DNA of 63,952 bases, filler included. It is 5 parts of 5 records of this genome, joined end to end, with 100 filler letters (N's around TTAATTAATTAA, not from the genome) between each part and the next. Parts side by side here need not be neighbours in the genome. Positions count along the whole stretch, not along the records: positions 22,397 to 36,877 come from SRR20825006_1965; positions 36,978 to 45,864 come from SRR20825006_1968; 3 more parts are not named here. The stretch is one strand, 5' to 3'. The notes under the pieces were generated by a model. The model saw only the letters and a program-made list of their open reading frames with translations. It was not told where the DNA came from and did no database searches. The position numbers and the translations under genes were made by a program. Below, piece after piece: positions 29,443 to 38,502 of this stretch; position 1 is the stretch's first letter, and the number at the start of each line of letters is the position of its first letter.

Positions 29443-30468
29443 CTAGAGCAGGTTACGGCCTTCGAGATAGGCAATGACGGCGTCGTAATAGCGCTGTGTC
29501 ATATCGCTGCGGCTGGCCCAGTTCTGCCATTCTTCCTGAGCGATGCGACGGAACTTGGCGCGTTCGTCCCCGGACCAGTTGATGATCTCGATTTCGGGAT
29601 TGGCGCGGGCCTCGGCCACGGCCGCGGCATCGAGCTGGCGGACCGAATAGACGTGATCGAAGATGAACTGGTCGACCGAGGCGTAGAGAACCGCCTGCAG
29701 GTCTTCAGGCAAGCCGTCCCAGATTTCCTTGTTGATCGAAATGTCGATCAGCGGCAGCGAGTGGAAGCCGGGATAGAGCGGGTAGGGGGCAATATCGTTC
29801 ATGCCCAGGGCCTGATTGGTGGCAAAGACGGTGTTATCGGCCGCATCCACCACACCCTTGTCGAGGGCGGAGAAGATTTCCGAGCCGGGCAAGGCCACCG
29901 GCGAAGCGCCGGCCTTGGAGAAGATCTCGAAGACCATGCCTTCTGGCGCCCGCAGCTTGACGCCCTGGAGGTCTTCGACTGTGCGGATCGGCACGCCGGC
30001 GACGAAGGCCTCGGGCTCGGTGGCGGCAGCGCCGATGAAGTGGACGCCATAAGGCTCGACGAGCTCGGCATAGAGCTCATGGCCGCCGCCTGACTGCATG
30101 AAGCCGAGCAGCTCGAAAGGGTCGCTCCAGGCGCCGACCAGATTGCCCATCATGGCAAAGGCGGGATCCTTGCCCGAGAAATAGCTGGGGTCGGTCAGAT
30201 GGCCCTGCAGGATGCCGGCACCGACCGCATCGAGCGTATCGGTATGCGGCACGACCGAGCCGATCGGCAGAATCTCGATGGCGATGCGGCCACCGGAGAG
30301 TTCGCCGACATTTTCGGCCCATTTCTGCTTATTGACGAAGCCCGGCTCACCGGCCGTTTCAGAGGTCTGGAAAGTCCAATTGTATTCCTGGGCCACGACC
30401 GCGCTGCAGAGCAGCAGAGCCGCAACTGCAGACGCAGTGGTGCTGGCAACAAACTTGGTAAAATTCAC
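29443..30468 (-). CDS. TRAP transporter substrate-binding protein (DctP)
   Basis: Signal peptide, SGGRI.IE, DLQG.KLR.P.G, EI..AL.KGVVDA. Confidence 0.9.
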   Translation of the reverse strand: MNFTKFVASTTASAVAALLLCSAVVAQEYNWTFQTSETAGEPGFVNKQKWAENVGELSGGRIAIEILPIGSVVPHTDTLDAVGAGILQGHLTDPSYFSGKDPAFAMMGNLVGAWSDPFELLGFMQSGGGHELYAELVEPYGVHFIGAAATEPEAFVAGVPIRTVEDLQGVKLRAPEGMVFEIFSKAGASPVALPGSEIFSALDKGVVDAADNTVFATNQALGMNDIAPYPLYPGFHSLPLIDISINKEIWDGLPEDLQAVLYASVDQFIFDHVYSVRQLDAAAVAEARANPEIEIINWSGDERAKFRRIAQEEWQNWASRSDMTQRYYDAVIAYLEGRNLL

Positions 30469-30659
30469 GATGTCCTCCCTTTCGATGCTCCAATTGCTTT
30501 ACGTACCGCAGGAGTGCATCGAAAACTCCCGCGTCGTTGGGTCGCCAGTCTGCACGGAATGGCGAGCCGATCAACTGCTCAAAATCCAGACTTTACTTTC
30601 CATCCACTTTGCCGCGGGCAAATAAACGGCGCGCCGGGAACCAGCGCGCCGGGCCGGGA

Positions 30660-31034
30660 TCAGTTTCGCGCGGGCATGAAGATGATGACGGCGAAGAGCA
30701 GGACACCGGCAAAGGTGACCAGCGAACTGACGGCGACGATGGGTTCGACGGATGGATTGCCGTTGAGCATCAGATAGAGCGACACGCTCATGACCAGAAC
30801 GCCCAGAACATAGATGCCATATTGCAGCTTGGGCAGCAGGCCGGCGGCCTTGGCCGGATTGAGGGCGAGATAGCCACCGAAGATGGCGCTGGTGACCCAA
30901 CCGAGCAGGTTGATATGGGCATGGGCGCCGATGACATTATGGTTGCCGCTGATCGACATGTGAATGCCAATGCCGATGCCGGCGAGTAGAAACACTATGG
31001 CCGTGCGGAAATAGAGGTTTGCCAGTGCTGGCAT
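30660..31034 (-). CDS. Small 4-TM membrane protein with HAHINLLGW motif
   Basis: Four hydrophobic segments; His motif reminiscent of heme-copper oxidase subunit I-like small proteins; function unknown. Confidence 0.65.
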   Translation of the reverse strand: MPALANLYFRTAIVFLLAGIGIGIHMSISGNHNVIGAHAHINLLGWVTSAIFGGYLALNPAKAAGLLPKLQYGIYVLGVLVMSVSLYLMLNGNPSVEPIVAVSSLVTFAGVLLFAVIIFMPARN

Positions 31035-31140
31035 GCTGAAAGTCCCCCCAGGGTGACGCGAGGCGCCGGGGTGGCGACTCTGCGCACAGAGGAGAAATTA
31101 CTGCTCTCCGGGCGCGGCTGGAAGGGGCCTTGAACGGCAT

Positions 31141-31164
31141 GACGCCGCCCTTTGGGGCGGCGTC
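31141..31164 (-). terminator. Hairpin downstream of SH3 paralog 1
   Basis: GACGCCGCCC-TTTG-GGGCGGCGTC; near-identical hairpin at 32847-32870. Confidence 0.6.
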
Positions 31165-31187
31165 GAGTTTAGGGTGGCCTAGCGCAA

Positions 31188-31829
31188 TCAGAAGACCTGA
31201 TAGCTCGAGACCGTGTTGTTGTAGCTGCCCATCAGGGGCTTGTCGGCGGCATAGGTGGTGCAGGCGCCGGCATACCAGTTGTTCTTGCACACGGTGACCT
31301 TGGCGCCGCCCTGCAGACGGATGGAGGAGATGGAATTGTTCCATCCGCCTGGCAGGTGCGGGTCGTCAGTACCGACGGCAACGCAGAACTGGGCGCCGGT
31401 AAAGTTGTTACCCTTGAAGAAGCACGCCTTGGCCGGGGCCGGCGGCGCAGGTGGGGGCGGCGGGGCATCGCCGATGCCGAAGGAGAAGCTGGGACCGCCC
31501 GGGCCGACAGTGACGCCGAAGTTGAACGGGATGTCTTCCTCGGCTTCAGCGCCACCACCACCACCACCTTCGGCGGGTGCCAGATAGTTCCCGGAGACCC
31601 AGCCATCGGTGCCCGAGGCGCGGTCGACGAAACACCAGGAGCCCTGGCACTGCTTGACGTCGACATATTCGCCGGCGGGCAGGACGCCGACCTTGGCATA
31701 GCCGGTGCCGGGGCCGGTGCGAACATTGACATTGCCGGTGGCGACACCGGGGGCGGCCGACGTGGCCAGGGTGGTCAGGAGAGTGATGGCGGCCAGGCTG
31801 GCGCCGAAGAGCTTGCGATTGGTGGACAT
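31188..31829 (-). CDS. Secreted SH3b + beta/gamma-crystallin-like (I36) domain protein
   Basis: Signal peptide; VNVRTGPGTGY...C..SWC...GWVS..YL; C-terminal CFF.G.NF.G..FC...WNNSISS. Confidence 0.82.
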   Translation of the reverse strand: MSTNRKLFGASLAAITLLTTLATSAAPGVATGNVNVRTGPGTGYAKVGVLPAGEYVDVKQCQGSWCFVDRASGTDGWVSGNYLAPAEGGGGGGAEAEEDIPFNFGVTVGPGGPSFSFGIGDAPPPPPAPPAPAKACFFKGNNFTGAQFCVAVGTDDPHLPGGWNNSISSIRLQGGAKVTVCKNNWYAGACTTYAADKPLMGSYNNTVSSYQVF

Positions 31830-32090
31830 GGGATTTCCCTCATCTGTTGTGGTGCGGGAGCGCTTTTGCGGTCCGCTTTGTGAGGGGGATTAGGCGCTTT
31901 TCGCGCTGAACCGGCGCTGAATGCGGCGTTTATGCGGCAAAGGCAAACCGCCCGGAATCCGGGCGTGGGGAAGGGCTATAGGTGAACGGGAGAGCCGCTG
32001 GCCGTTGCCAACAGAGCCATGACCACTGGATCGATGCCGCATCCTGATGGTGGAGCGTGGGAAGACGCGGGGGCCGAGGCATTCGTCTTT

Positions 32091-32131
32091 GGACACCCCT
32101 CCCCAACCCGCCCCGTCAAGGGGAGGGTGCC
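32091..32131. repeat. Alphaproteobacterial REP-like palindromic element
   Basis: CACCCCTCCCCAACCCGCCCC-GTCAA-GGGGAGGGTG intergenic palindrome. Confidence 0.5.
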
Positions 32132-32211
32132 GCGCAGTGGGCGCTGAAAGTCCGGTGGACGCCTCGTTCCAAAAACATCCTCCCCGCTACAGGGCCGGGC
32201 GATCCGGAGCG

Positions 32212-32784
32212 TCAGTACAGCCGGATCGAGGAAAGGTTGTCGCGCAGATAGGCATCGAGCACGGGCTGGCTCGTGGCGATGCGCTCGCAATAGGACTGGA
32301 AGAAGCGGTCGCGGCAGAGAGCGGCGCTGGTTGGTGTGGTCACCTGGACCGAGGAGATGGTGTTGTCCCAGCCCCAGGTGGCGAGATCCTGAAACACCTC
32401 GCCGGTGTCGGCGCAGAAGGAGCGGCCGGTATAGTGGGTGCCTTCGTAAAAGCACATCTGCCCGCCTGCGAGATCGGGCCAGTCATTATCGGCGTCAAAA
32501 AGCGGCCAATGCGGATCCTTGCCGAAGTCGATGGCGGCCATGCCGGTCCAGCCGCGACCGCCGGGGCCATCGACATTGCACCATAGCTTCTGGCAGCGGA
32601 GGATCTTGATGGCCTGTTCGCCGGCAATCTCGCCGGTAATCGCATAGGCATCGCCCGGGCCGGCGCGCAGGACGAGGGCGGCGCGGCTCCAGCCATGACT
32701 GCCGGAGGGGGATGCGGACAGGGCGGGAAGGCTGGGCAGAAGCGAGACGGCAAGGGCAAGTGCGAGGGCGAAAAGCGAGCGCAT
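32212..32784 (-). CDS. Secreted SH3b + crystallin-like (I36) domain protein
   Basis: Signal peptide; LRAGPG..Y...C..LWC....GW; CFYEG..Y.G.SFC...WDNTISS. Confidence 0.8.
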   Translation of the reverse strand: MRSLFALALALAVSLLPSLPALSASPSGSHGWSRAALVLRAGPGDAYAITGEIAGEQAIKILRCQKLWCNVDGPGGRGWTGMAAIDFGKDPHWPLFDADNDWPDLAGGQMCFYEGTHYTGRSFCADTGEVFQDLATWGWDNTISSVQVTTPTSAALCRDRFFQSYCERIATSQPVLDAYLRDNLSSIRLY

Positions 32785-32846
32785 GGCATTTCCATCTATG
32801 TGTTCGGCGGGACGTTAGACTGACTTACCAGATGTTGCAAAGTAAA

Positions 32847-32870
32847 GCGCCGCCCTTTTGGGGGCGGCGT
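32847..32870 (-). terminator. Hairpin downstream of SH3 paralog 3
   Basis: GCGCCGCCC-TTTTGG-GGGCGGCGT. Confidence 0.6.
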
Positions 32871-32892
32871 TAAGAGTTCTCGACGGCCAGTG

Positions 32893-33555
32893 CTAGCGAA
32901 CGCGCACCGAGGCAACATAGTCGTCGTAGTCACCCAGCGACGAGGCGCCTGTGGTGTAGGTGCGGCAAGAGCGGAAATTCTCCTGCGCGCAGACCTGCAC
33001 GGTCAGGCCGGCGGGGTTGTCGAAAGAGGAAATGCGGTCGGTCCAGCCGCGCAGATCCCGGACGGACTCGCCCTCGTCCATGCAGAAGCTATCCCCGCGG
33101 AAGCGAGTGCGGTCATAGAAGCAGACTTCGTCATAGACGGGCTGAATGACCGGGGGACGCGGCGGGCGGGGCTGAGGATTGTTGCCATTGCCCACGCCGA
33201 TGCTGATCTGCGGGCCATCGGGGCCACCAATGGTGAAACCGAAGGAAATGCCGGGGTTGGACGGATTGACCGGACGGCCGCCTGCGCTGAGATAGCTGGC
33301 CGAGACCCAGCCGTCGGGGCCGGGCTTGACCACATAGCACCAGGACGACTGGCAGCGCTGGACATCGACCTGTTCGCCACGGCGCAAAGTGTCGACCACA
33401 GCATAGCCGGTGCCGGGGCCGGAGCGCACATTGACATTGCTGTTGGCGGTGCCGGGCGCGGCTTGTGCTGCGGGCAGGAAGACCACCACGGCAGCGGCGG
33501 CCACGGCGATGCCGGTGGCCAGGTTCAAAAGATTCCTGCGGGTCTGACGATGCAT
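32893..33555 (-). CDS. Secreted SH3b + crystallin-like (I36) domain protein, Tat-like signal
   Basis: TRRNLL signal; VNVRSGPGTGY, C..SWC, GWVS.SYL; CFYD...F.G.SFC...W.DRISS. Confidence 0.82.
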   Translation of the reverse strand: MHRQTRRNLLNLATGIAVAAAAVVVFLPAAQAAPGTANSNVNVRSGPGTGYAVVDTLRRGEQVDVQRCQSSWCYVVKPGPDGWVSASYLSAGGRPVNPSNPGISFGFTIGGPDGPQISIGVGNGNNPQPRPPRPPVIQPVYDEVCFYDRTRFRGDSFCMDEGESVRDLRGWTDRISSFDNPAGLTVQVCAQENFRSCRTYTTGASSLGDYDDYVASVRVR

Positions 33556-33778
33556 GACTTGCTCCCTCCGGCTCGATCTTTCCGGCCCCGGAAATCCGGG
33601 GCGACGCTTTTCGGCGACCGCGCCACTTGTTTATGACTTCAGAAACGAAGTTTTAGCGCAAAGAGTTCCGGCGATGTCTGGGAGAGTATTCAAATGGTGA
33701 ATATTCCCGGGCCGTGTCGGTGCGCCGGGATCAGTAATGCAAATGCTGGCTGAACGCAGTCTGAACGGCTTGGCCGAC

Positions 33779-34168
33779 TTATTGCGCAGGGATCGGGCGC
33801 TTTTGGCCGTTTTCGTCCAAGGAGACATAAACGAAGCGCGCATCGGTGACCTTGGTGCGCTCGTCGAGCCGGTTGCGGCGGACCCAGGCCTCAAGGCCGA
33901 CGGTGATGGAGGTGTTGCCGATGCGTTCAATATCGGCATAGACGCAGAGCACGTCGCCGACCTTGACGGGGGCGATGAAGGTCATGGCTTCCACGGCCAC
34001 GGTGACCACTCGTCCCTTGACCCGTTCGATGGCAGCAATGGCGCCGGCAATATCCATCTGGCTCATCACCCAGCCGCCGAAAATGTCGCCGGCCGGATTG
34101 GTGTCGGCGGGCATGGCCAGAGTGCGGATGATGAGGGCGCCGGTGGGTTCGGTTGCGTCGGACTGCAT
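33779..34168 (-). CDS. Acyl-CoA thioesterase (YciA hotdog family)
   Basis: AMPADTNPAGDIFGGW.MSQMD.AG, F..PV.VGD. Confidence 0.92.
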   Translation of the reverse strand: MQSDATEPTGALIIRTLAMPADTNPAGDIFGGWVMSQMDIAGAIAAIERVKGRVVTVAVEAMTFIAPVKVGDVLCVYADIERIGNTSITVGLEAWVRRNRLDERTKVTDARFVYVSLDENGQKRPIPAQ

Positions 34169-34180
34169 GAACGGGCTTTC

Positions 34181-34777
34181 CTATTCTGGTCGCTTGACGG
34201 GCCAGCGGCCCACGGCTTCTTCCCAATGCTTGCGGCACAGGGACAAATAGACGGACTTTTCGATGGAGACCTGATCCCCATCGGTGAGCACGCGGCCTGA
34301 CATGTCCTGACGGACCACCATGGTGGCCTTGGCGCCGCAGGTGCAGATGGTGCGGATTTCGCGCAGCGTATCGGCAATGGCCAGCAGTTCCATGGCGCCG
34401 GGGAACAGCTTGCCCTGAAAATCGGTCCTGAGGCCATAGCACATGATCGGGATATTGAGCCGGTCAGCGACGCGGGCCAATTGCCAGACCTGTTCGCGGG
34501 TCAGGAATTGCGCCTCGTCGATGAAGACGCAATCGACCTTGGATTCCTCGTCATAGTCGCGAATGGACTGGTAGAGGTCATCGCCCGCGGCATAGAGGTC
34601 GGCTTCTTCGGCGATGCCGATACGGGAGGTGATCAGCCCCACGCCTTCCTCGGCGTATAGCGCGGAGGTGTAGAGCAAAGGGCGCATGCCGCGCTCGCGG
34701 TAGTTATGGGCCGCCTGCAGCAGCAAGGTGGACTTGCCGGCATTCATCGCCGCATAGGAAAAATAGAGCTTGGCCAT
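34181..34777 (-). CDS. tdk: Thymidine kinase
   Basis: MAKLYF.Y.AMNAGKST, IDEAQFL, YGLRTDF, C.CG, Y.SLCRKH. Confidence 0.95.
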   Translation of the reverse strand: MAKLYFSYAAMNAGKSTLLLQAAHNYRERGMRPLLYTSALYAEEGVGLITSRIGIAEEADLYAAGDDLYQSIRDYDEESKVDCVFIDEAQFLTREQVWQLARVADRLNIPIMCYGLRTDFQGKLFPGAMELLAIADTLREIRTICTCGAKATMVVRQDMSGRVLTDGDQVSIEKSVYLSLCRKHWEEAVGRWPVKRPE

Positions 34778-35133
34778 TGTCGCGCCTGAAACGGGGCTTT
34801 TGTTGTGGCGCAGGGACGAGGCCGGTGCGAGGCAAAATGCGGCGCGGTCCACAAAAAAAGGCCGCCCTGAGGCGGCCAGGACCGATCTTGTCGGTCGGGA
34901 AGGCCGGGGGTTGGCGGTCCGGGCCCTCCGATGTCGGCGCGGCGTTGGGGACGCGGGGCCGGCAATCCTGGCAAATGGGGGAAGCCGGGACAGGCGGACC
35001 CTATTGAGCCAAGATGACAGGGCAGTGACGACACTATTGCGGCGCGCGCTTTATTGTCATTGCCCGGCTTGTTCAGCTTCGGTTCAGGTGATGGAGACGA
35101 GATTTGACGGGACAGAACTTCCAGAGGATTACC

Positions 35134-35523
35134 ATGCCGAGATTTTTCCGCCTGATTGCCGCCCTTGTCTTGTCCTGTGCGGCGGCCATGCCTGCCTTGG
35201 CGACGCCCGCCGGCGTGTGGGAACTGGAAACGCGCGATACACGGTTTGCGCTGGATCTGTGCGGCGATGGCACGCAACTTTGTGGTGAACTGGTCTGGCT
35301 GTCCGACGCCGACTACAACGATCAATACAAGCCCTATCTCAACCGACCGATGGCGCAGGCGCTGGCCCCTACCGGTCCGGGTAAATGGAAGGGCACGCTG
35401 CATCTGTTTGGCCACCGGATGAGCGGGACGATCACCCAGCACAGCCAGGATCACATGACGCTGTCCGGCTGTGCGTTCCTGGTGGTCTGCAAGACCTATC
35501 AGATGTACCGGCACGCGCCGTGA
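35134..35523 (+). CDS. Secreted DUF2147-like protein
   Basis: Signal peptide; P.G.W....CG...LCG.L.WL...W.G...L.GC...CK. Confidence 0.75.
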   Translation: MPRFFRLIAALVLSCAAAMPALATPAGVWELETRDTRFALDLCGDGTQLCGELVWLSDADYNDQYKPYLNRPMAQALAPTGPGKWKGTLHLFGHRMSGTITQHSQDHMTLSGCAFLVVCKTYQMYRHAP

Positions 35524-35900
35524 TGCGGGTCGTCCTGGCATTGATGTTCGGGCTGGTGGCTTTGGCGCCAGCCCTCGCCTCGCCGGTCGGGGTGTGGGAA
35601 ATCGAAACGCGGGATTCGCGCTATGACGTGAGCCTGTGTGGCGACGGCACCCAGCTTTGCGCCGAGCTGATCTGGCTGGGCAATGGCGCAGACAGCGCGG
35701 AAAACCTGCCCTATCTCAACACCATGCTGATCGACCATGCGGTGCAGACCCGGCCCGGCGAGTGGAAAGGCGAATTGCATATCTATGGACAGAGCGCGGC
35801 CGGGACGATTAGCCAGGTCAGTGCCGACCAGATCACGCTCACGGGCTGCGTGGCGCTGGTGATCTGCAAGAGCTACCAGATGTATCGCTATGGCGAGTAG
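35523..35900 (+). CDS. Secreted DUF2147-like protein (tandem paralog)
   Basis: TGATG overlap with the upstream paralog; same motif pattern. Confidence 0.75.
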   Translation: MRVVLALMFGLVALAPALASPVGVWEIETRDSRYDVSLCGDGTQLCAELIWLGNGADSAENLPYLNTMLIDHAVQTRPGEWKGELHIYGQSAAGTISQVSADQITLTGCVALVICKSYQMYRYGE

Positions 35901-35906
35901 GCACCG

Positions 35907-36812
35907 CTAGTTCACCGTGCGCGGCACATGCACCTTGCGGCGAGCCCAGAGGGGCGGGATGGCTTCGACGAGCAGGATGGCCGCAAAGATCAGTGCCGCG
36001 CCGGCATAGCCGATCAGGGGCAGGCGCTCGCCCAGCACCACTGCCGCACCCAGGGCCGCGAACAGACTTTCAGCCGAGAGGATAATGGCGGCGTTGGCCG
36101 CAGGCACATGTTGCTGGCCGACCGCCTGCAGGGTGAAGCCAACCGCCGTCGAGAGCACTGCGGCATAGGCAATTTCGATCCAGCCGGCGGAAATGGCCGC
36201 CAGCGTGGGGGCTTCGGTGGGCAGGGCGATGGCGCTCGCGGCGATGCCGGCGAACAGGAAGCTCACCGAGGACACGAAGATGGGCAGGCCGGTCATCCTG
36301 GCGACATGGCCGAGCAGCAGCACATGCAGGCCCCAGAAAATGGCGCTGGCGACAATCAGCCAGTCGCCCTCGTTGAAGCTGTCGAGGCCCCCGCCGTTCA
36401 AGAAATAGATGCCGACCAGGGCCAGGGGCACGCCGGCAAAGACAATCGGGTGCGGGCGCGTGCGGAACAACACGAAGCCAAGCAGCGGCACGAAGAAGAC
36501 GTAGAGGCCGGTGAGGAAGCCGCCATTGGTGGCGGTGGTGGTGAGCAAGCCGGCCTGCTGCATCCAGGAGCCGAGGAAGAACACGGTGCTCATGGCCATG
36601 ATAAAGAACCAATGGGTGCCGGTGAGCCTGACGGCCTTGCGGCGCAATTCATGCAGGGCCAGTGGCAGGATCAGCAGCCCGCCGATGAGAAAGCGGACCC
36701 CGGCAAAGGTCAGCGGCCCCATGGCGTCCATCGCCGTTTTCTGGGCGATGAAGGCAAAGCCCCAGAACATGGTGCAGAGCAGAAGCAGGAGGGAGGCGAG
36801 GGGGCGGGACAT
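35907..36812 (-). CDS. DMT/EamA-family transporter
   Basis: FWG.AF.AQK, RF, T.TNGGFLTGLY, AIILS.ESLFAA..A..LGE; about 10 TM. Confidence 0.9.
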   Translation of the reverse strand: MSRPLASLLLLLCTMFWGFAFIAQKTAMDAMGPLTFAGVRFLIGGLLILPLALHELRRKAVRLTGTHWFFIMAMSTVFFLGSWMQQAGLLTTTATNGGFLTGLYVFFVPLLGFVLFRTRPHPIVFAGVPLALVGIYFLNGGGLDSFNEGDWLIVASAIFWGLHVLLLGHVARMTGLPIFVSSVSFLFAGIAASAIALPTEAPTLAAISAGWIEIAYAAVLSTAVGFTLQAVGQQHVPAANAAIILSAESLFAALGAAVVLGERLPLIGYAGAALIFAAILLVEAIPPLWARRKVHVPRTVN

Positions 36813-36837
36813 GGGGGCAACTCGAATTTTCTAGAAA

Positions 36838-36877
36838 GTACCCCTCGTCCGCCCTTCGGGCACCTTCTCCCACAAGG
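36838..36877. repeat. Truncated REP-like repeat at contig end
   Basis: CCCCTCGTCCGCCCTTCGGGCACCTTCTCCCACAAGG, the style of alphaproteobacterial short palindromic repeats; the contig breaks inside it. Confidence 0.55.
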
Positions 36878-36977
36878 NNNNNNNNNNNNNNNNNNNNNNN
36901 NNNNNNNNNNNNNNNNNNNNNTTAATTAATTAANNNNNNNNNNNNNNNNNNNNNNNNNNNNNNNNNNNNNNNNNNNN
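36878..36977. other. Artificial contig spacer
   Basis: N-run, TTAATTAATTAA, N-run. Confidence 0.99.
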
Positions 36978-37052
36978 GAACAGGTGGAAGATCCTCTTGC
37001 CACTTTTTCTATAAGAGGGTGCTTTGGGCCTGGATTTGCGGTGTTTTTGACT

Positions 37053-37068
37053 TGGCCTGTTTTTTGCT
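37053..37068 (+). promoter_or_regulatory. Candidate sigma-54 (-24/-12) promoter
   Basis: TGGCCTGTTTTTTGCT has GG-N10-GC spacing; ends about 65 nt upstream of ATG 37133. Confidence 0.45.
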
Positions 37069-37132
37069 GAAAGGAATTGTGTTAGGTTCTGCCAGTTGAA
37101 ACACCATCATGTTTTTCAAGGAGTACGAAGTA

Positions 37133-38323
37133 ATGACGAACCGTGTGCTGTTTTGTGTGTCCTGCGCTTTCGCGCTGACGATCGCGAGTGGTTGTGTGAA
37201 TGAGGATCCCGCACCGAATACGGGTGACGAAGAGCCTACCGCGGAGAACGCGACCGATTATCCCGAGGTTGGGGTGTCGGAGGCGTGTGGCGGCAAGTGT
37301 GATGATCCAGACGCGGTCCTGTTCTCGTCTTCCTACCGCATCGTCGAGACGCTCGGGATGCAGTCTGGCGAGGTCGATCCCGAAACAGAGATCGCGCCTC
37401 TGCACTTCGCAGGTCCTGTCATCGAGGCTCGCCTCGACTCGCTCGAGCGCGGCCACACGGTGAACCTCGAGGTCTACTTGCTCGAGCGCGTCGTCGATAT
37501 GCCCGAGCCCGTCGAGGGCGAAGAGCCCGGCATGGGCGAGGAGCCTGTCGAGGGCGAAGAGCCTGTGATGGAAGAGTCGGGCGTGCTCGAGGAGCCAGAG
37601 TTGTTGCTCGAAGGCGCCGCAGAGCTGGTCGTCGACGAGGAAGGCTATGGCGAGTTCATCTCGACGCCGATCGCACTGGAAGAGCTCCCCGAGGACTGGG
37701 CGCGACTTCGCGTCGAGATCAAGGGCGAGCGCGACGGCGGCAAGATCCACCAGCGCTTCGAGTTCGTGAACGACTTCTGGGAGGGCGTCGAGCAAACGCC
37801 TGAGTTCGAAGATCCCTTCGCCCCTGCGCTCGACGTGCACGCTGGCGCGATCTTTATCGACCCCGCGGTCCCCGCTCCTGATTACCACCGCCCCAGCGTG
37901 AGCAGCGGCTTCTCGCTCGGCGGCACGGAGTTCTGGCAGCGCTGGGAGGGCGGTCACAGCCCGACGTTCAGCTACTCGGCAGGCACCGAGCTCGGTCGCA
38001 AGTGCATGACCGCCAGCGCGATGCGCTTCGAGGCGATCATGGAAGAGGCGCCCGAGCTGATGATCCAACTCCGCGAGGAGAGCAACTGGAGCGGTCGCTT
38101 CTTTAACTGGAACGATGATTACAGCGACGAGAGCGCCAACGGCCGCCCACGCGGCGCTGTCCTCTGGGCATGGCGCACGGGCCTCGTCAAGTGGATCAGC
38201 CAGACGGGCGCTGACGGCACGTGCTACTTGCCGACGCTCTCGATGGTCGAGCGCGCGGCGTCGAACTGCATCCGCAAGGGCGAGTTCAACGACGGCGAGA
38301 TCGAAGGCTGTCAGGCATACTGA
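37133..38323 (+). CDS. Uncharacterised acidic lipoprotein
   Basis: SD AAGGAG; lipobox IASGC; CGGKCD; Trp-rich C-terminal domain (EFWQRW..GH.PTFSY, WSGRFFNWNDD, LWAWRTG.VKWISQT). Confidence 0.8.
   Translation: MTNRVLFCVSCAFALTIASGCVNEDPAPNTGDEEPTAENATDYPEVGVSEACGGKCDDPDAVLFSSSYRIVETLGMQSGEVDPETEIAPLHFAGPVIEARLDSLERGHTVNLEVYLLERVVDMPEPVEGEEPGMGEEPVEGEEPVMEESGVLEEPELLLEGAAELVVDEEGYGEFISTPIALEELPEDWARLRVEIKGERDGGKIHQRFEFVNDFWEGVEQTPEFEDPFAPALDVHAGAIFIDPAVPAPDYHRPSVSSGFSLGGTEFWQRWEGGHSPTFSYSAGTELGRKCMTASAMRFEAIMEEAPELMIQLREESNWSGRFFNWNDDYSDESANGRPRGAVLWAWRTGLVKWISQTGADGTCYLPTLSMVERAASNCIRKGEFNDGEIEGCQAY
37505..37576 (+). repeat. 36-nt in-frame tandem duplication (EPVEGEEP..)
   Basis: gagcccgtcgagggcgaagagccc.. 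and gagcctgtcgagggcgaagagcct.. Confidence 0.7.
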
Positions 38324-38502
38324 TACGGGCCACGTGATGCCTCGCGCGTGAGGTTTTTGGTCAAAGGGCGATCGAAAACGGCGCGAGGTCTTGCAAGGCT
38401 TGGAAGATAAACGAATACAAGAACGTCAGCGCCATCTTCCCCCGCTTTATGAGTCGTGGGGATTTGGCGTTTTGAAAGAGATGCATACGCAGGAGTCCAA
38501 CA

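Noticed and set aside
38379-38395. Second sigma-54-like site upstream of the 1173-aa gene
   Set aside because: GG-to-GC spacing is 11 rather than the required 10
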